Source: Promethearchaeati archaeon | Lineage (GTDB): Archaea; Asgardarchaeota; Heimdallarchaeia; Heimdallarchaeales; Heimdallarchaeaceae | NCBI GenBank assembly: GCA_013166775.1 | Contig: JABLTJ010000002.1 | Coordinates: forward strand, 1 to 64,000 | Length of the DNA stretch: 64,000 bases | Direction: 5' to 3' | In this document: piece by piece, positions 9,809 to 19,800 of the stretch | Layout of the letters: each line of letters starts with the position of its first letter | Numbering within the stretch: the first letter of the stretch is position 1 | The notes under the pieces: generated by a model | Databases searched by the model: none | What the model saw: only the letters and a program-made list of their open reading frames with translations | Told to the model about the DNA's origin: nothing | Translations under genes and position numbers: made by a program

Positions 9809-10893
9809 CATGGATACCTTTATTGTTGGGAGACAAATCACCGTCTCTTCGTTTGTTAGTTCTTAGAGAGCTTTTACACAAAGATGAAAACGATGATGAA
9901 GTACAAGAACTGTTAAAATTACAAAAGCAAGATTCACTTATTACAGATTTATTAAAATTTCAGCAAAATGATGGTTCTTGGCTTACTTCTGAAAGTTTAG
10001 GGTTAACGATGGCTAATCCCATCCTTAACACAACCCAAGCACTCTGTAGACTTGGTTATCTAGGATTTGATAAGAGTCATCCAGCAATTGAAAAAGCTGC
10101 AAATTTTCTCTTTTCCTTTCAACTAGATACTGGCAGTTGGCCAGGTGTTACTAATGCATCTATGGCTCTTTGGATGAAAGAAACCACCAAAAAGAGTACA
10201 GAACCATATTTTGAACATCCTCATCACGGTAAAGTTATTGCACCAAGTTTGACTGGTTTTCCACTTAGAGCATTAGCAATGTGTGGATATGCGACTGATC
10301 CTCGTGCCGAGAAAGCTTATGACTATTTACTCACGCTTCTTTCACCTGATGGATCTTGGCCATATATGATCTCACCTGATGGAGATATAGCTTATCAAGT
10401 AGTTGGTTATAGGAAAATGCCTAATTCTAGATATGGATGTCGAACTAATACATCTATAGTACTCAATAGTTTTGCGTATCATCCCAAAAGAAGAAAATCT
10501 GAACAAACAAAGAAAGCATTGGACCTTTTATTAGCAAGAGAAACACGAGAAAGACAACATCTAGGATATGAAACTGCAAGAATGATTGGAGCTGAATCAT
10601 CGCATGGATTTCTAACATATTATGCAAGATTTGATGTTGCAATGGTTCTTGATTTGTGTTGGAAAATAGGTGCCACAAAGGAAGATCCTAGAGTAGCTGA
10701 TTTGATAGAATATTTCATAGAAACTCAAGGTGTTTATGGATTATGGGAATATGAATCTAAACCACAAGCATCAAGATGGGTAACATTTGATATTCTTAAA
10801 TCGCTTTCTAGAATTGACGAAGCTGGAGAATGGGTTACAACTCAACCTCGTACTAGATATGAATCGTACCCAAAGAAACCTCAAAGGCATTAG
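9805..10893 (+). CDS. Prenyltransferase/squalene-cyclase repeat (alpha/alpha barrel) protein
   Basis: Repeated QxxDGSW-type motifs (QQNDGSW, QLDTGSW, SPDGSW, QGVYGLW). ATGA overlap with uvrA. Confidence 0.75.
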   Translation: MTWIPLLLGDKSPSLRLLVLRELLHKDENDDEVQELLKLQKQDSLITDLLKFQQNDGSWLTSESLGLTMANPILNTTQALCRLGYLGFDKSHPAIEKAANFLFSFQLDTGSWPGVTNASMALWMKETTKKSTEPYFEHPHHGKVIAPSLTGFPLRALAMCGYATDPRAEKAYDYLLTLLSPDGSWPYMISPDGDIAYQVVGYRKMPNSRYGCRTNTSIVLNSFAYHPKRRKSEQTKKALDLLLARETRERQHLGYETARMIGAESSHGFLTYYARFDVAMVLDLCWKIGATKEDPRVADLIEYFIETQGVYGLWEYESKPQASRWVTFDILKSLSRIDEAGEWVTTQPRTRYESYPKKPQRH

Positions 10894-10963
10894 ATTTCCT
10901 AGTTTATTAACTGAAATCTTTTTAGAAACTCTAGTATATAATTATCAAATTATGGTGTAGAGA

Positions 10964-11434
10964 ATGAAAATTGAAGGAACAGAAGAAGTAACAAAAGAAT
11001 TGTTGGAGAAGACCTATGCAGGTTATCTTTCAACAATTGATGAAAATGGTTTTCCTTATATCAGAGCAGTATTCAATTTGAGAAGTTTAGAAAAATTTCC
11101 TCATCCAGCTAAGGTAATTTCTGATTATGATGATGATCCCTTTACGGTTTATATCTCAACGAATACTTCATCTACGAAAGTAAAACAGATAGAAAAGAAT
11201 AGTAAAGTTGCGATGTATTTTGCTTTACCAAATGATGTTAAGGGTGTAATGCTTCAAGGAGAAGCTGAGGTATTAGATGATGATGAATTCAAAAAGAATG
11301 TCTGGATGGAGAGTTGGACAATGTACTATCCAAAAGGTCATACTGATCCTGATTTCACAATAATAAAAATAAAACCTTCATTATTGAAAGGATGGTTTAG
11401 AGGACACCTTTATTATGAATTTAAGGATGAGTAA
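10964..11434 (+). CDS. Pyridoxamine 5'-phosphate oxidase-like FMN-binding protein (general stress protein 26-like)
   Basis: LSTIDENGFPYIRA, STNTSSTKVKQIEKN, YYPKGHTDPDF. Confidence 0.85.
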   Translation: MKIEGTEEVTKELLEKTYAGYLSTIDENGFPYIRAVFNLRSLEKFPHPAKVISDYDDDPFTVYISTNTSSTKVKQIEKNSKVAMYFALPNDVKGVMLQGEAEVLDDDEFKKNVWMESWTMYYPKGHTDPDFTIIKIKPSLLKGWFRGHLYYEFKDE

Positions 11435-11474
11435 AACTTTTTTACAAGATGTAAAATAATCAGTTGTAGAGTTT

Positions 11475-13058
11475 ATGAGAAGATTCCCTTATGGAAGAAC
11501 AACATTACTAAGCACTGGCTACTTTACTTCAAGTCTTACTTGGTCTGTGTATAATGTTTATGTTCCACTTTTTGCTAGAGCAAATTTGATAGCTGTTATA
11601 GGAAACAAACCTATCATTAATACACTAGTTGGAGTTATCATGATACTTGATAACTTTGCAGCTTTATTTCTTCAACCGTATATTGGGGAATTATCTGATA
11701 GAACTTGGATACCAAAATTAGGTAGGCGTATGCCTTTTATTATGCTAGGAATACCTTTAGCTGCAATATTTTTTGGTTTAATCGGAAATTACCATGATAT
11801 CTTTTACATGTTATTGATTTCCATCATTGGTTTTAACATATGCATGGCTTTCTACAAAACACCAGTTATGAGTCTGATTCCTGATAATATTCCTACCCAA
11901 TACAGGAGCCAAGGATCAGGGGTGTTAAATGTTGTAGGTGGATTAGCTAATCTCACAGGACTTCTAGTTTCTTCGTATTTCTATAAATATTATTCCCCAA
12001 AAGTTGCCTTTTGGGTTATTAGTGCAATTATGATCGTATGTTTAGTGATTCTAGTTTTGGGGGTTAGAGAGAGAAAGGATGTGGAAATAGAGAAAAGTGA
12101 AGAAAGAATAAAGATATTGAAATCTCTAAAAAACATGTTTACTGAAACTGATAAAACCCTCCTTTTTGTTCTATTCGCAGTTTTCTTTGCTAATGCTGGT
12201 TATTATGTTGGAGAAACATTCCTAAGTAGCTATGTTTCAGTAGTTCTAGGATTCTCAGATTATGCTGCAGCTGTGATGCTCGGAGTATTTTTTGTTTTTG
12301 CTGTTCTTTCTGCAATTCCAGCAGGCTTTATTGGCCGGAGAATAGGTCCTATAAATGCTTCATTAATAGGTGTAGTTGGTTTCATTGTAGGAATCACACC
12401 TATTGCAGTAATTAGTATAGTTGATTTAGAATTAATGAGAAAAATACTAACCCTTAATTATTTGACGTTTGGTTGGGAAGCTGTTTTATATAGTTTTATA
12501 ATTGCAGGAATTGGTTTTTGTTATATCCTTGCTTCAATAAACAAAATTGTTGTTATTTGGGATTTAGCTCCGCAAAAAAGAATCGCAACGTATATAGGTT
12601 ATTTCTATGTTTTTACTTCTCTTGCAGCTATAGTAAGCCCATTTATAGCAGGTATGATTTTTGACTTTGTTAGTTATCTTTCAGGCAAAACGGGGTTAAA
12701 GTCACTGTTCGTTTATGTAGCATGTGCGTTTTGCATAGCGCTTATTTTTGTCTCTCGAGTAAAAATTCTATTTGATAAGGAATTAAAAGAGAACAGAGAT
12801 AGAGTCGCAGATATTAAAGAAGAAAGAAGAGAAATTAGAAAAAGAACAATGCTACTTGAATCTCTTCTTTTTGGTCAAATTCTTAGAATCAGAGCAACAA
12901 GAAAATTGAGAAGACTTCAAAGAAAAGAAATTCAAGAGCTTAAAGAAGATTATTCAAATGCAAAAAAAGATAAGATTGATTTCAAAGATGAAAGAAGAGA
13001 AATGAGGAAATCTCACAGAGAAGAGAGAGATTCATTTAGAAAGCAAGAGGAGACATAA
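11475..13058 (+). CDS. MFS transporter (sugar/GPH-SLC45-like) with a long charged C-terminal tail
   Basis: QPYIGELSDRT...GRRMPF motif, about 12 TM helices, ~95-aa K/E/R-rich tail. Confidence 0.88.
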   Translation: MRRFPYGRTTLLSTGYFTSSLTWSVYNVYVPLFARANLIAVIGNKPIINTLVGVIMILDNFAALFLQPYIGELSDRTWIPKLGRRMPFIMLGIPLAAIFFGLIGNYHDIFYMLLISIIGFNICMAFYKTPVMSLIPDNIPTQYRSQGSGVLNVVGGLANLTGLLVSSYFYKYYSPKVAFWVISAIMIVCLVILVLGVRERKDVEIEKSEERIKILKSLKNMFTETDKTLLFVLFAVFFANAGYYVGETFLSSYVSVVLGFSDYAAAVMLGVFFVFAVLSAIPAGFIGRRIGPINASLIGVVGFIVGITPIAVISIVDLELMRKILTLNYLTFGWEAVLYSFIIAGIGFCYILASINKIVVIWDLAPQKRIATYIGYFYVFTSLAAIVSPFIAGMIFDFVSYLSGKTGLKSLFVYVACAFCIALIFVSRVKILFDKELKENRDRVADIKEERREIRKRTMLLESLLFGQILRIRATRKLRRLQRKEIQELKEDYSNAKKDKIDFKDERREMRKSHREERDSFRKQEET

Positions 13059-13104
13059 TAGAATATTTCATCATCTTTAAAAACGAATTTTCAAATAAGA
13101 GCAT

Positions 13105-13995
13105 ATGAATGATGAAAAGCATTACCAAACCTTTACTTTGAAAGATGGTCGGGAATTAGGTTATGCTGAATTTGGTAATCCTGAAGGAGCACCTGTTTTT
13201 TACTTCCATGGCTGGTTAGGTGGAAGATTTGATCTCCATTTAGCTGAGATTCTCGGAAAGAAAATTAATTGTCATCTAATTTCTTTAGACAGACCCGGTA
13301 TTGGATTATCCAGTTATCAAGAAAATCGAGAGATTCTGAACTGGCCAAACGATATTGTGGAATTAACTGACCACTTAGGAATAGGTAAATTCCATATTTT
13401 AGGGATGTCAGGTGGAGGCCCATATGTTGCAGCCTGCGCATACAAAATTCCAACTAGGTTGTTTTCTGCAGGAATAGTAGGAGGAATGGGTCCATATGAG
13501 GATACAAAGAAGATGCTTAAGAATCCTAATAGAATTCTCTTTTTCCTATTAAAGAAATTTCCATTCGCATTAAAAATAATATTGTTTCCAATGTGGAAAC
13601 GTTTCCGCAAAATGGAATTTAATGAGAAAACAGGTAAATTACTTGCTAGACAAGGAATGGAGCTACCTGAACCAGATAAGAAAATTTACGAAAATTCCAC
13701 TTTTCAAGAGTTTATGATTTTCCATTTAAAAGATATTCTGCAACAAAAATCCAAAGGTCCTTTTCTAGATGGTAAGTTGTTTACCAAGCCTTGGAATTTC
13801 AAATTAGAAGACATTTCTAAGGATTTGAAATGTTATGTCTGGCATGGAGAATTAGACAAGAATGTGTCAATTGAAATCGGTAAATATGTTGCTTCACAAA
13901 TACCTAACTGTGAAGCTATCTTTTATCCTGATGAAGCACATATATCACTTGTAGTTAACAAAATAAACGAAATATTGAATAAACTAGTTGAATAA
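13105..13995 (+). CDS. Alpha/beta fold hydrolase
   Basis: FHGWLG, DRPGIGLS, nucleophile elbow GMSGG, WHGELD, EAHIS. Confidence 0.9.
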   Translation: MNDEKHYQTFTLKDGRELGYAEFGNPEGAPVFYFHGWLGGRFDLHLAEILGKKINCHLISLDRPGIGLSSYQENREILNWPNDIVELTDHLGIGKFHILGMSGGGPYVAACAYKIPTRLFSAGIVGGMGPYEDTKKMLKNPNRILFFLLKKFPFALKIILFPMWKRFRKMEFNEKTGKLLARQGMELPEPDKKIYENSTFQEFMIFHLKDILQQKSKGPFLDGKLFTKPWNFKLEDISKDLKCYVWHGELDKNVSIEIGKYVASQIPNCEAIFYPDEAHISLVVNKINEILNKLVE

Positions 13996-14344
13996 AATTC
14001 AACAAATTGCTCCTGTAATCCTTTTTTATGGAATTTACTTGAAGAGCTCTCCACTAACATATTCATTATACATACTCATAGTTGGAATCATAATCGTTCT
14101 AATTGCAGGATTCCTATTGGGAAGAAAACAAGGATTACTAGAAACTCTGGATATAGAAAAAGAATTAGAGATTTAGAATAGAATAAGAAAACAGTTATGC
14201 AAGAAAATCAAGGTTGAATCTCTATTATCATCTTACAGCAACACTCTTTCTTATTCGAAAGCCTTTATTTTAATATAAAAATCTGATAGTAAAACCTTTT
14301 AATTCTCTCTCTTATCTTCTTCTCAATACTGTTTAGATGGTTTC

Positions 14345-15277
14345 ATGAACTTAAAGGAAAAGTTTCTCGGTGGACTTGTTGGAAGCGCACTAGGTGACAG
14401 TATTGGGCAACTTGCTTTTTCTCATTCTAATTCTGAATCACTGAAGCAGGAAATTGAACTGCTATCAGTTTTGAATTATACAGATGATACTGCAATGGCT
14501 CTTGGTATAGCTGAATCTCTTATCATAAATCAAGGTAAGATTAACAGTGAACATTTAGGAAAAACTTTCCATGAAAACTACCTACGTGAACCAAATAGAG
14601 GATATGCAATTGGACCTCCTTCTATCTTCTCCATGGTTGAGAAACAAAATCTTACTTACTTACAAGCAGCGAGTAGATTGTTTGATCGTCAAGGTTCATT
14701 CGGAAATGGAGCATCGATGAGAATTGCTCCTGTTGGTTTGTTTTTCTTTGATTCAGAGTATCTTTATGAAGAGGTTATAAAATCTGCAATTGTAACTCAC
14801 ACACATCCTCTTGGAATTGATGGAGCAGCAGTATTAGCTAAAGGAATTAGTATGGTTATTCCGATAATTCCTGATGAACAAGATGAAGCACAAAACTGGG
14901 ATTATTTTATCCTCCAATTGCAAAAATTCGCTAGGACCGTTGATTTCAAGAAAAAACTAGGTTCGCTTAAAGAATTAACCAAGAAAGATGAAACACTGAA
15001 AATAGCTTCATTTATTCTTGGAGCAGATATAACAGCTCATAGATCTGTACCTTTTGCACTATATTCTTTCATTAGTAATCCTCACTCCTTTGAGGAATGT
15101 CTTTTAGATTCAATTCTCACTTCAGAAGATAGAGATACAATAGGAGCTATGGTAGGAGGCCTTCTAGGAAGTTTTCTTGGCATTCAAAATGTCCCTTCAA
15201 AATGGAAGAATAAGCTAGAAGATTATGAGTATATTGAAGAAATTGCATCAGAACTTATAATACTAAAAGAGCTATAA
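14345..15277 (+). CDS. ADP-ribosylglycohydrolase (DraG/ARH3 family)
   Basis: GSALGDSIG, YTDDT, SFGNGASMRIAP, DRDTIGAM. Confidence 0.92.
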   Translation: MNLKEKFLGGLVGSALGDSIGQLAFSHSNSESLKQEIELLSVLNYTDDTAMALGIAESLIINQGKINSEHLGKTFHENYLREPNRGYAIGPPSIFSMVEKQNLTYLQAASRLFDRQGSFGNGASMRIAPVGLFFFDSEYLYEEVIKSAIVTHTHPLGIDGAAVLAKGISMVIPIIPDEQDEAQNWDYFILQLQKFARTVDFKKKLGSLKELTKKDETLKIASFILGADITAHRSVPFALYSFISNPHSFEECLLDSILTSEDRDTIGAMVGGLLGSFLGIQNVPSKWKNKLEDYEYIEEIASELIILKEL

Positions 15278-15362
15278 ATCTGTGAACAAATTTCAAAAAA
15301 GAATTTTTGTAGTAATGGAAAAAGATTTTTATAAAAAAACATAGTCTTTTCTTCTGACAGCT

Positions 15363-15923
15363 ATGACAGTACAAGAAGATAAGAGTCAGAAAAGTATTGA
15401 AAATACAGATAAGGAGCGACAGGAGTGGAAAACAAACTGGCTATTCGTAATAATAGCTTCAATCCAATTCTTATCAATGGTTGGACAAATCATATTAATA
15501 GGCTTCTTTTTTGAAAACCACAATATTAAGTCTCTTCCTATCATTGGTTGTGTAATTATATCAATAGCTTTTGTTTTCTTAGCTTCTGGTAGCATTGTTC
15601 TTTATGAAAGAGTGGAGAATAAGGAAAAGAGAAGACCAAGAATTAGATTTGAAGAAAAGGGAATCTACACAATAATAAGACACCCCATGTATCTTGGATT
15701 AATGATATTATTCATTGGAATGATGTTTATCTCTGATTTAAGATGGAGTTCAATTTTAGCTTTTCCAAGTATAATCATTATGTACTATTATATGATTAAG
15801 GAAGAGAGTATATTTATTGAGAGATTTGGTGAAGACTTCAAAGAATACATGGATAGAGTTCCAAGAATGGATATTTTCCTGGGCATCTATAGAAAAATAA
15901 AGAAACAATACAAAAAAGAGTAA
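15363..15923 (+). CDS. Isoprenylcysteine carboxyl methyltransferase / PEMT family membrane protein
   Basis: GIYTIIRHPMYLG, KEE...ERFGEDFKEYMDRVPR, about 4 TM helices. Confidence 0.85.
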   Translation: MTVQEDKSQKSIENTDKERQEWKTNWLFVIIASIQFLSMVGQIILIGFFFENHNIKSLPIIGCVIISIAFVFLASGSIVLYERVENKEKRRPRIRFEEKGIYTIIRHPMYLGLMILFIGMMFISDLRWSSILAFPSIIIMYYYMIKEESIFIERFGEDFKEYMDRVPRMDIFLGIYRKIKKQYKKE

Positions 15924-15991
15924 TAGAATCGTATAACGAAAAATAAACCTAACCTAGTGGCAAAAATTAGAAAGAAAAGAACTAAAGAAAA

Positions 15992-16585
15992 TTATATAGA
16001 TGGTTCGCTTTGAAATTGTGGTTTAGCTATACCCTTTAGTGTGCTTTTGATGATTTGCTTTACTAGTTTTGAAAAAGCTACCTGAACATTATCTCCAAAT
16101 TTAGCAGAAGTTTCAATATACTGAACATCAAAACCACTCCAATCTCCCAATCTTTTAGCATAATTTTCTCCATATTTTTTAGGAATAGTGTTATAGAGAG
16201 AACCTCTTAAGTCCATCTTATTGCCAATCAAAACTATTGGTATTTTTCTATACCCATTATTCTTCACTAATTCCGCTACCCAATTGGCTAAATTTTCATA
16301 AGATTCTGCTCTTGTGAGATCGAATACAATTAATGCACCTCTACTTCCTCTATAGTAAGCTTCACGAACAGCTGAAAATCTAGGTTGACCAGCAAGATCC
16401 CAAATCACAAGCATTACATCAGATTCGTCTACTTCCAGATTCTTCACTGCAAAATCTGAACCTAATGTCATATTATACTTTGTAGAAAAGGCTTCACCCA
16501 TGAAATTTTTTCTTAAGGAAGTTTTGCCTACTGCTCCGTCACCAAGTAATGTGATTTTATATTTTCTATCTATCAGAATATCCAC
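15992..16585 (-). CDS. Rab-like small GTPase (eukaryotic signature protein)
   Basis: G1 GDGAVGKT, G3 WDLAGQ, RabF-like RFSAVREAYYRG, G4 GNKMD, G5 ETSAK. No C-terminal Cys. Confidence 0.93.
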   Translation of the reverse strand: MDILIDRKYKITLLGDGAVGKTSLRKNFMGEAFSTKYNMTLGSDFAVKNLEVDESDVMLVIWDLAGQPRFSAVREAYYRGSRGALIVFDLTRAESYENLANWVAELVKNNGYRKIPIVLIGNKMDLRGSLYNTIPKKYGENYAKRLGDWSGFDVQYIETSAKFGDNVQVAFSKLVKQIIKSTLKGIAKPQFQSEPSI

Positions 16586-16831
16586 CCAACTTTCAATATT
16601 CTATTAAATAATGTATATGCAGGTAAATATAACAGTTTTGGTCATGCAAAAGTAGTAATTTCGCTTTAAACACAATTCTTTCCGGATTAGATGATTTGTG
16701 TCGAAAGTTCAACTATGGTTTTTAGTGCAGAAAAAAACACACACCTAAAGAAATTTCGCATAGAATAGACAGTTGTATAAACTATCAAAACAATCTCGAG
16801 TATAAATTACAATTGATATAGTAAACTATTT

Positions 16832-17398
16832 CTATTTCTCATCATTATATTCGGTTTCCAGAATATCCATAATTAAATCATTTCTATATTCTCCTGCTAC
16901 AAAAGAGGCTTCTCTTCTTACACCTGTTTTCTTAAATCCTAGTTTCTCGTACACATAAATTGCCCTTTCCAGAAACTCGTATACATGTAATTCTATCCGA
17001 TGAAGATTGAGGATATCAAATCCAATTCGTAATAAGCATTTTACAGCATCTGTCCCATATCCTTTATCATGATTTGCAGGATTATATATCGAGATACTTA
17101 GAAATGCTCCACGACTTACAGTATTAATCCTTTTAAGAGAACATGCTCCTAAAAATTGACCAGATGTTTTATCACTTATAGCAAATGTAAAACCTTTCCC
17201 TTGCTTCGCATCTTTTGTGGTTTGTTCAATCCATTCTTCTCGTTGTGTTCTAGATTCAGGTATAAATATCCCTCTTCCTATTCTTGATTCATATGTATTC
17301 CAATGTTCCATTATCGAGTCTATATCTTTGCGTTCTATAGATTTTAAAGTTATTTTTTCACCAATAAATGAGGATTTTTTTGCTATCAAATCATCCAT
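16832..17398 (-). CDS. RimJ/RimL-type GNAT acetyltransferase
   Basis: KGYGTDA...GFDILNLHRIELHV...AIYVYEKLGF...G.RREA. Confidence 0.9.
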   Translation of the reverse strand: MDDLIAKKSSFIGEKITLKSIERKDIDSIMEHWNTYESRIGRGIFIPESRTQREEWIEQTTKDAKQGKGFTFAISDKTSGQFLGACSLKRINTVSRGAFLSISIYNPANHDKGYGTDAVKCLLRIGFDILNLHRIELHVYEFLERAIYVYEKLGFKKTGVRREASFVAGEYRNDLIMDILETEYNDEK

Positions 17399-17504
17399 AG
17401 TTCTTGTTTTTGATGTATTCTTAATATTACTTGTTATCGAATCATGAATTTGAAAATAGTTATCCTTAAATTCTCAATCAATGAACTTAACATAGCATCT
17501 TTGA

Positions 17505-17966
17505 GTGATGATGTTGACTAGTTTAGATTTCAAAATCCAAAAAGTAGAATTAGATGATTTAAATATTCTTAAGGAATTTATGAAGAAATTGAATCTCGTT
17601 TATGAAGAAATCGAGAAACATTTAGAGGATTTTTTTATCATAAGAGTAGAGAATAAAACTGTTGGTTGTGCTGGAATAGAGCATTATGATGATGTTGGAT
17701 TACTGAGATCAGTAGGAATAGATGAAGAATTACAAGGCAAAGGATTAGGAAAAAAAATAGTTACTAAAATGATAGATTATGCTTTAGAAAAAGGGATAGT
17801 TAATCTTTATCTAATAACAAATTCTGCAGAGGATTTCTTCAAAAAATTTGATTTCACAATTGTTTCGAGAAGTGAAGTTGACTCAAGGATTCAACAGACC
17901 TACGAGTATACAACAGGTTGTGAAGAAACAGCATCTGTTATGGTAAAAAAAATTGAAATAATTTAG
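17505..17966 (+). CDS. GNAT acetyltransferase (ArgA/ArsN2-like)
   Basis: VGCAGIEHYDDVGLLRSV...QGKGLG...LYLITNSAEDFF...C..TASVM. Confidence 0.82.
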   Translation: MMMLTSLDFKIQKVELDDLNILKEFMKKLNLVYEEIEKHLEDFFIIRVENKTVGCAGIEHYDDVGLLRSVGIDEELQGKGLGKKIVTKMIDYALEKGIVNLYLITNSAEDFFKKFDFTIVSRSEVDSRIQQTYEYTTGCEETASVMVKKIEII

Positions 17967-18019
17967 ATTTACACTTCCCTACAACAAAGTATAAGAACGA
18001 AAATACATGCTCTTTCATC

Positions 18020-18475
18020 GTGTCGCAAAAAATTAATCTTGAAGAATGTCTGGTTGATGGTGATACTGGAGTTATCACAAAATTCTGCTATGATTATTTT
18101 AAGAATTGTGACTATACAACAGAGTATAAAATTGAGGCAGTATGTCAGAACGGTCTAACAAGGCTCTTTTGTGGATATTTCAAAGGGCAATATGGTATTG
18201 TAGAAGTGGAGATAATTGGATTGTATCCGAATGAAATTGAAGACATCGAAAAAGATCTTATTGCAGTTATTGAAGAAAAAATTCGAACTATTCCGCGAAA
18301 AAGAGGTCTGCAAAATTTTAATTACGAAATAGGAGGAAACAGAGTTGTACTTCGTTTATACGCCTGTGTATCAGAGGTGTGCGAAGATAAAGAGAGTGTT
18401 CTACAATCTTTAAAAGAACTTTCTCCAGCTCTGGAATTTCTTGCAGATTATTTGCAAAAAAGAAGAATCAGATAG
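18020..18475 (+). CDS. Hypothetical protein
   Basis: 151-aa ORF with native-like composition filling the gap between two genes; no recognisable motif. Confidence 0.6.
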   Translation: MSQKINLEECLVDGDTGVITKFCYDYFKNCDYTTEYKIEAVCQNGLTRLFCGYFKGQYGIVEVEIIGLYPNEIEDIEKDLIAVIEEKIRTIPRKRGLQNFNYEIGGNRVVLRLYACVSEVCEDKESVLQSLKELSPALEFLADYLQKRRIR

Positions 18476-18477
18476 AG

Positions 18478-18978
18478 TTAAAACGTTATTACTGCTTCCT
18501 TTGCTTCTTTGCCACTCATAAATTCAATATCTATTCTTCCAATATTTACTCTGTTAATTGATTTCTCAGTTAGTTGCTTCTCAATAACCTCTTCTGGATT
18601 ATCATCTAGTTTCTTTATCATATTGACCAAAACCTGTTTTTTCTCATCAAAATCTGTGAGAAAACCAACCTTTCCTCTGAATTGTACTGTAGCATACAGA
18701 TGATCACAAGATCCTTGGATATACCCTTTATCTATTAAAGCTTGTCCCCAAACAATATTATTCTCTTTTAAAATATCAATTTTTTTCCCTTCACTCGCAC
18801 AATGAAAGAAAAGACAATGTTGATCAGGATCATATCCATGACTCAATGTAACTAGATATGGATTATTCTCTTTACACATTGCAATAGTTATATGTTTTGA
18901 GATTTGAAGAATTTTCTTCATCAAATTGATATCAGTGATTGCTTTCTCTTTTCTCCTAATTCCTCGCAATATATTCAC
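18478..18978 (-). CDS. NimA-like pyridoxamine 5'-phosphate oxidase family protein
   Basis: RRKEKAI, PYLVTLSHGY, FFHCASEGKKIDILKEN. Confidence 0.87.
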   Translation of the reverse strand: MNILRGIRRKEKAITDINLMKKILQISKHITIAMCKENNPYLVTLSHGYDPDQHCLFFHCASEGKKIDILKENNIVWGQALIDKGYIQGSCDHLYATVQFRGKVGFLTDFDEKKQVLVNMIKKLDDNPEEVIEKQLTEKSINRVNIGRIDIEFMSGKEAKEAVITF

Positions 18979-19048
18979 CAGTTAAAAGTGATTAAAATAA
19001 TCGAGTAATTAAACTTTGGTAAAGAAAAAAATGGAGGAAAAATCAAAT

Positions 19049-19450
19049 CTAGATAGGAATTGTGTACATCATAGTTCCTAAAAGCATCAAAGTCGCACCT
19101 GTTAATTTTATGTATGGACATAGTTTCATTGGTAAAATCGAAGTTTTTGCACCAGTGAAGAAAGATAAGATAGCTAAAACTATTAGCATGCCTACACAGC
19201 CCAGATTCCCTATGAAAAATGCAATTTCAGATTGGTCGCTAAATATTGCTAGGAATAGAGGTATTAATCCAAGGAAACAAAGAACTAAACCTTCTGCAAT
19301 CCACTCCATTGTTATTATTCTTCTATTATCTTCTGAGAGGTTTCCAAAACCTTCTACAATACTTTTCGTAGGGAAAAGATGTCCTACTCCCCAGAGGAAA
19401 ATCAGAATTGAACCTACATATAGCATAGCTATTTTTAACATTTCAATCAT
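19049..19450 (-). CDS. Small 4-TM membrane protein
   Basis: WGVGHLFPTK...RRIITMEWIAEG; four hydrophobic helices. Confidence 0.75.
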   Translation of the reverse strand: MIEMLKIAMLYVGSILIFLWGVGHLFPTKSIVEGFGNLSEDNRRIITMEWIAEGLVLCFLGLIPLFLAIFSDQSEIAFFIGNLGCVGMLIVLAILSFFTGAKTSILPMKLCPYIKLTGATLMLLGTMMYTIPI

Positions 19451-19528
19451 AGGAAAATAATCAAAGATGCTTAAAAAGCTGATGTAAAATCAAAGAGATT
19501 AATAAGTGTTCATACTTCTCTAATTTGT

Positions 19529-19765
19529 ATGAGAATTCTTGGAAACTGTGGTCAATGTGGAAAATCTATTCAAGAAACGAATAAGACTTGTGGTGCAACC
19601 TATCTTGTCTGTAAGAAATGTAAGACCTTAATACACCCTCATTGTATTGGAGAGCACAGATTGATGCATAATAACCAAGAATATTATGCAAAACATAGCA
19701 GTAAAGAAGATACCACACTACTATCTAGAATTTTTAAAATATTCAAAAATCTTCTTTCTCCTTAA
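19529..19765 (+). CDS. Small Cys/His-rich zinc-finger protein
   Basis: CGQC...C...CKKC...HPHC...H...H, plus a C-terminal amphipathic helix. Confidence 0.65.
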   Translation: MRILGNCGQCGKSIQETNKTCGATYLVCKKCKTLIHPHCIGEHRLMHNNQEYYAKHSSKEDTTLLSRIFKIFKNLLSP

Positions 19766-19800
19766 AGAGAACAATGAAAAAAAAATTAAGGAAGAGAATG

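Noticed and set aside
13988-14176. 62-aa hydrophobic ORF overlapping the hydrolase stop
   Set aside because: TTG start without RBS and no motif; may be a remnant or small membrane protein but cannot be supported.
9805-16585. Apparent prenylation pathway (prenyltransferase-repeat protein, ICMT-like gene, Rab-like GTPase nearby)
   Set aside because: The Rab has no C-terminal Cys, ICMT and Rab are convergent rather than co-transcribed, both enzyme families are widespread in prokaryotes, and the barrel protein is coupled to uvrA.
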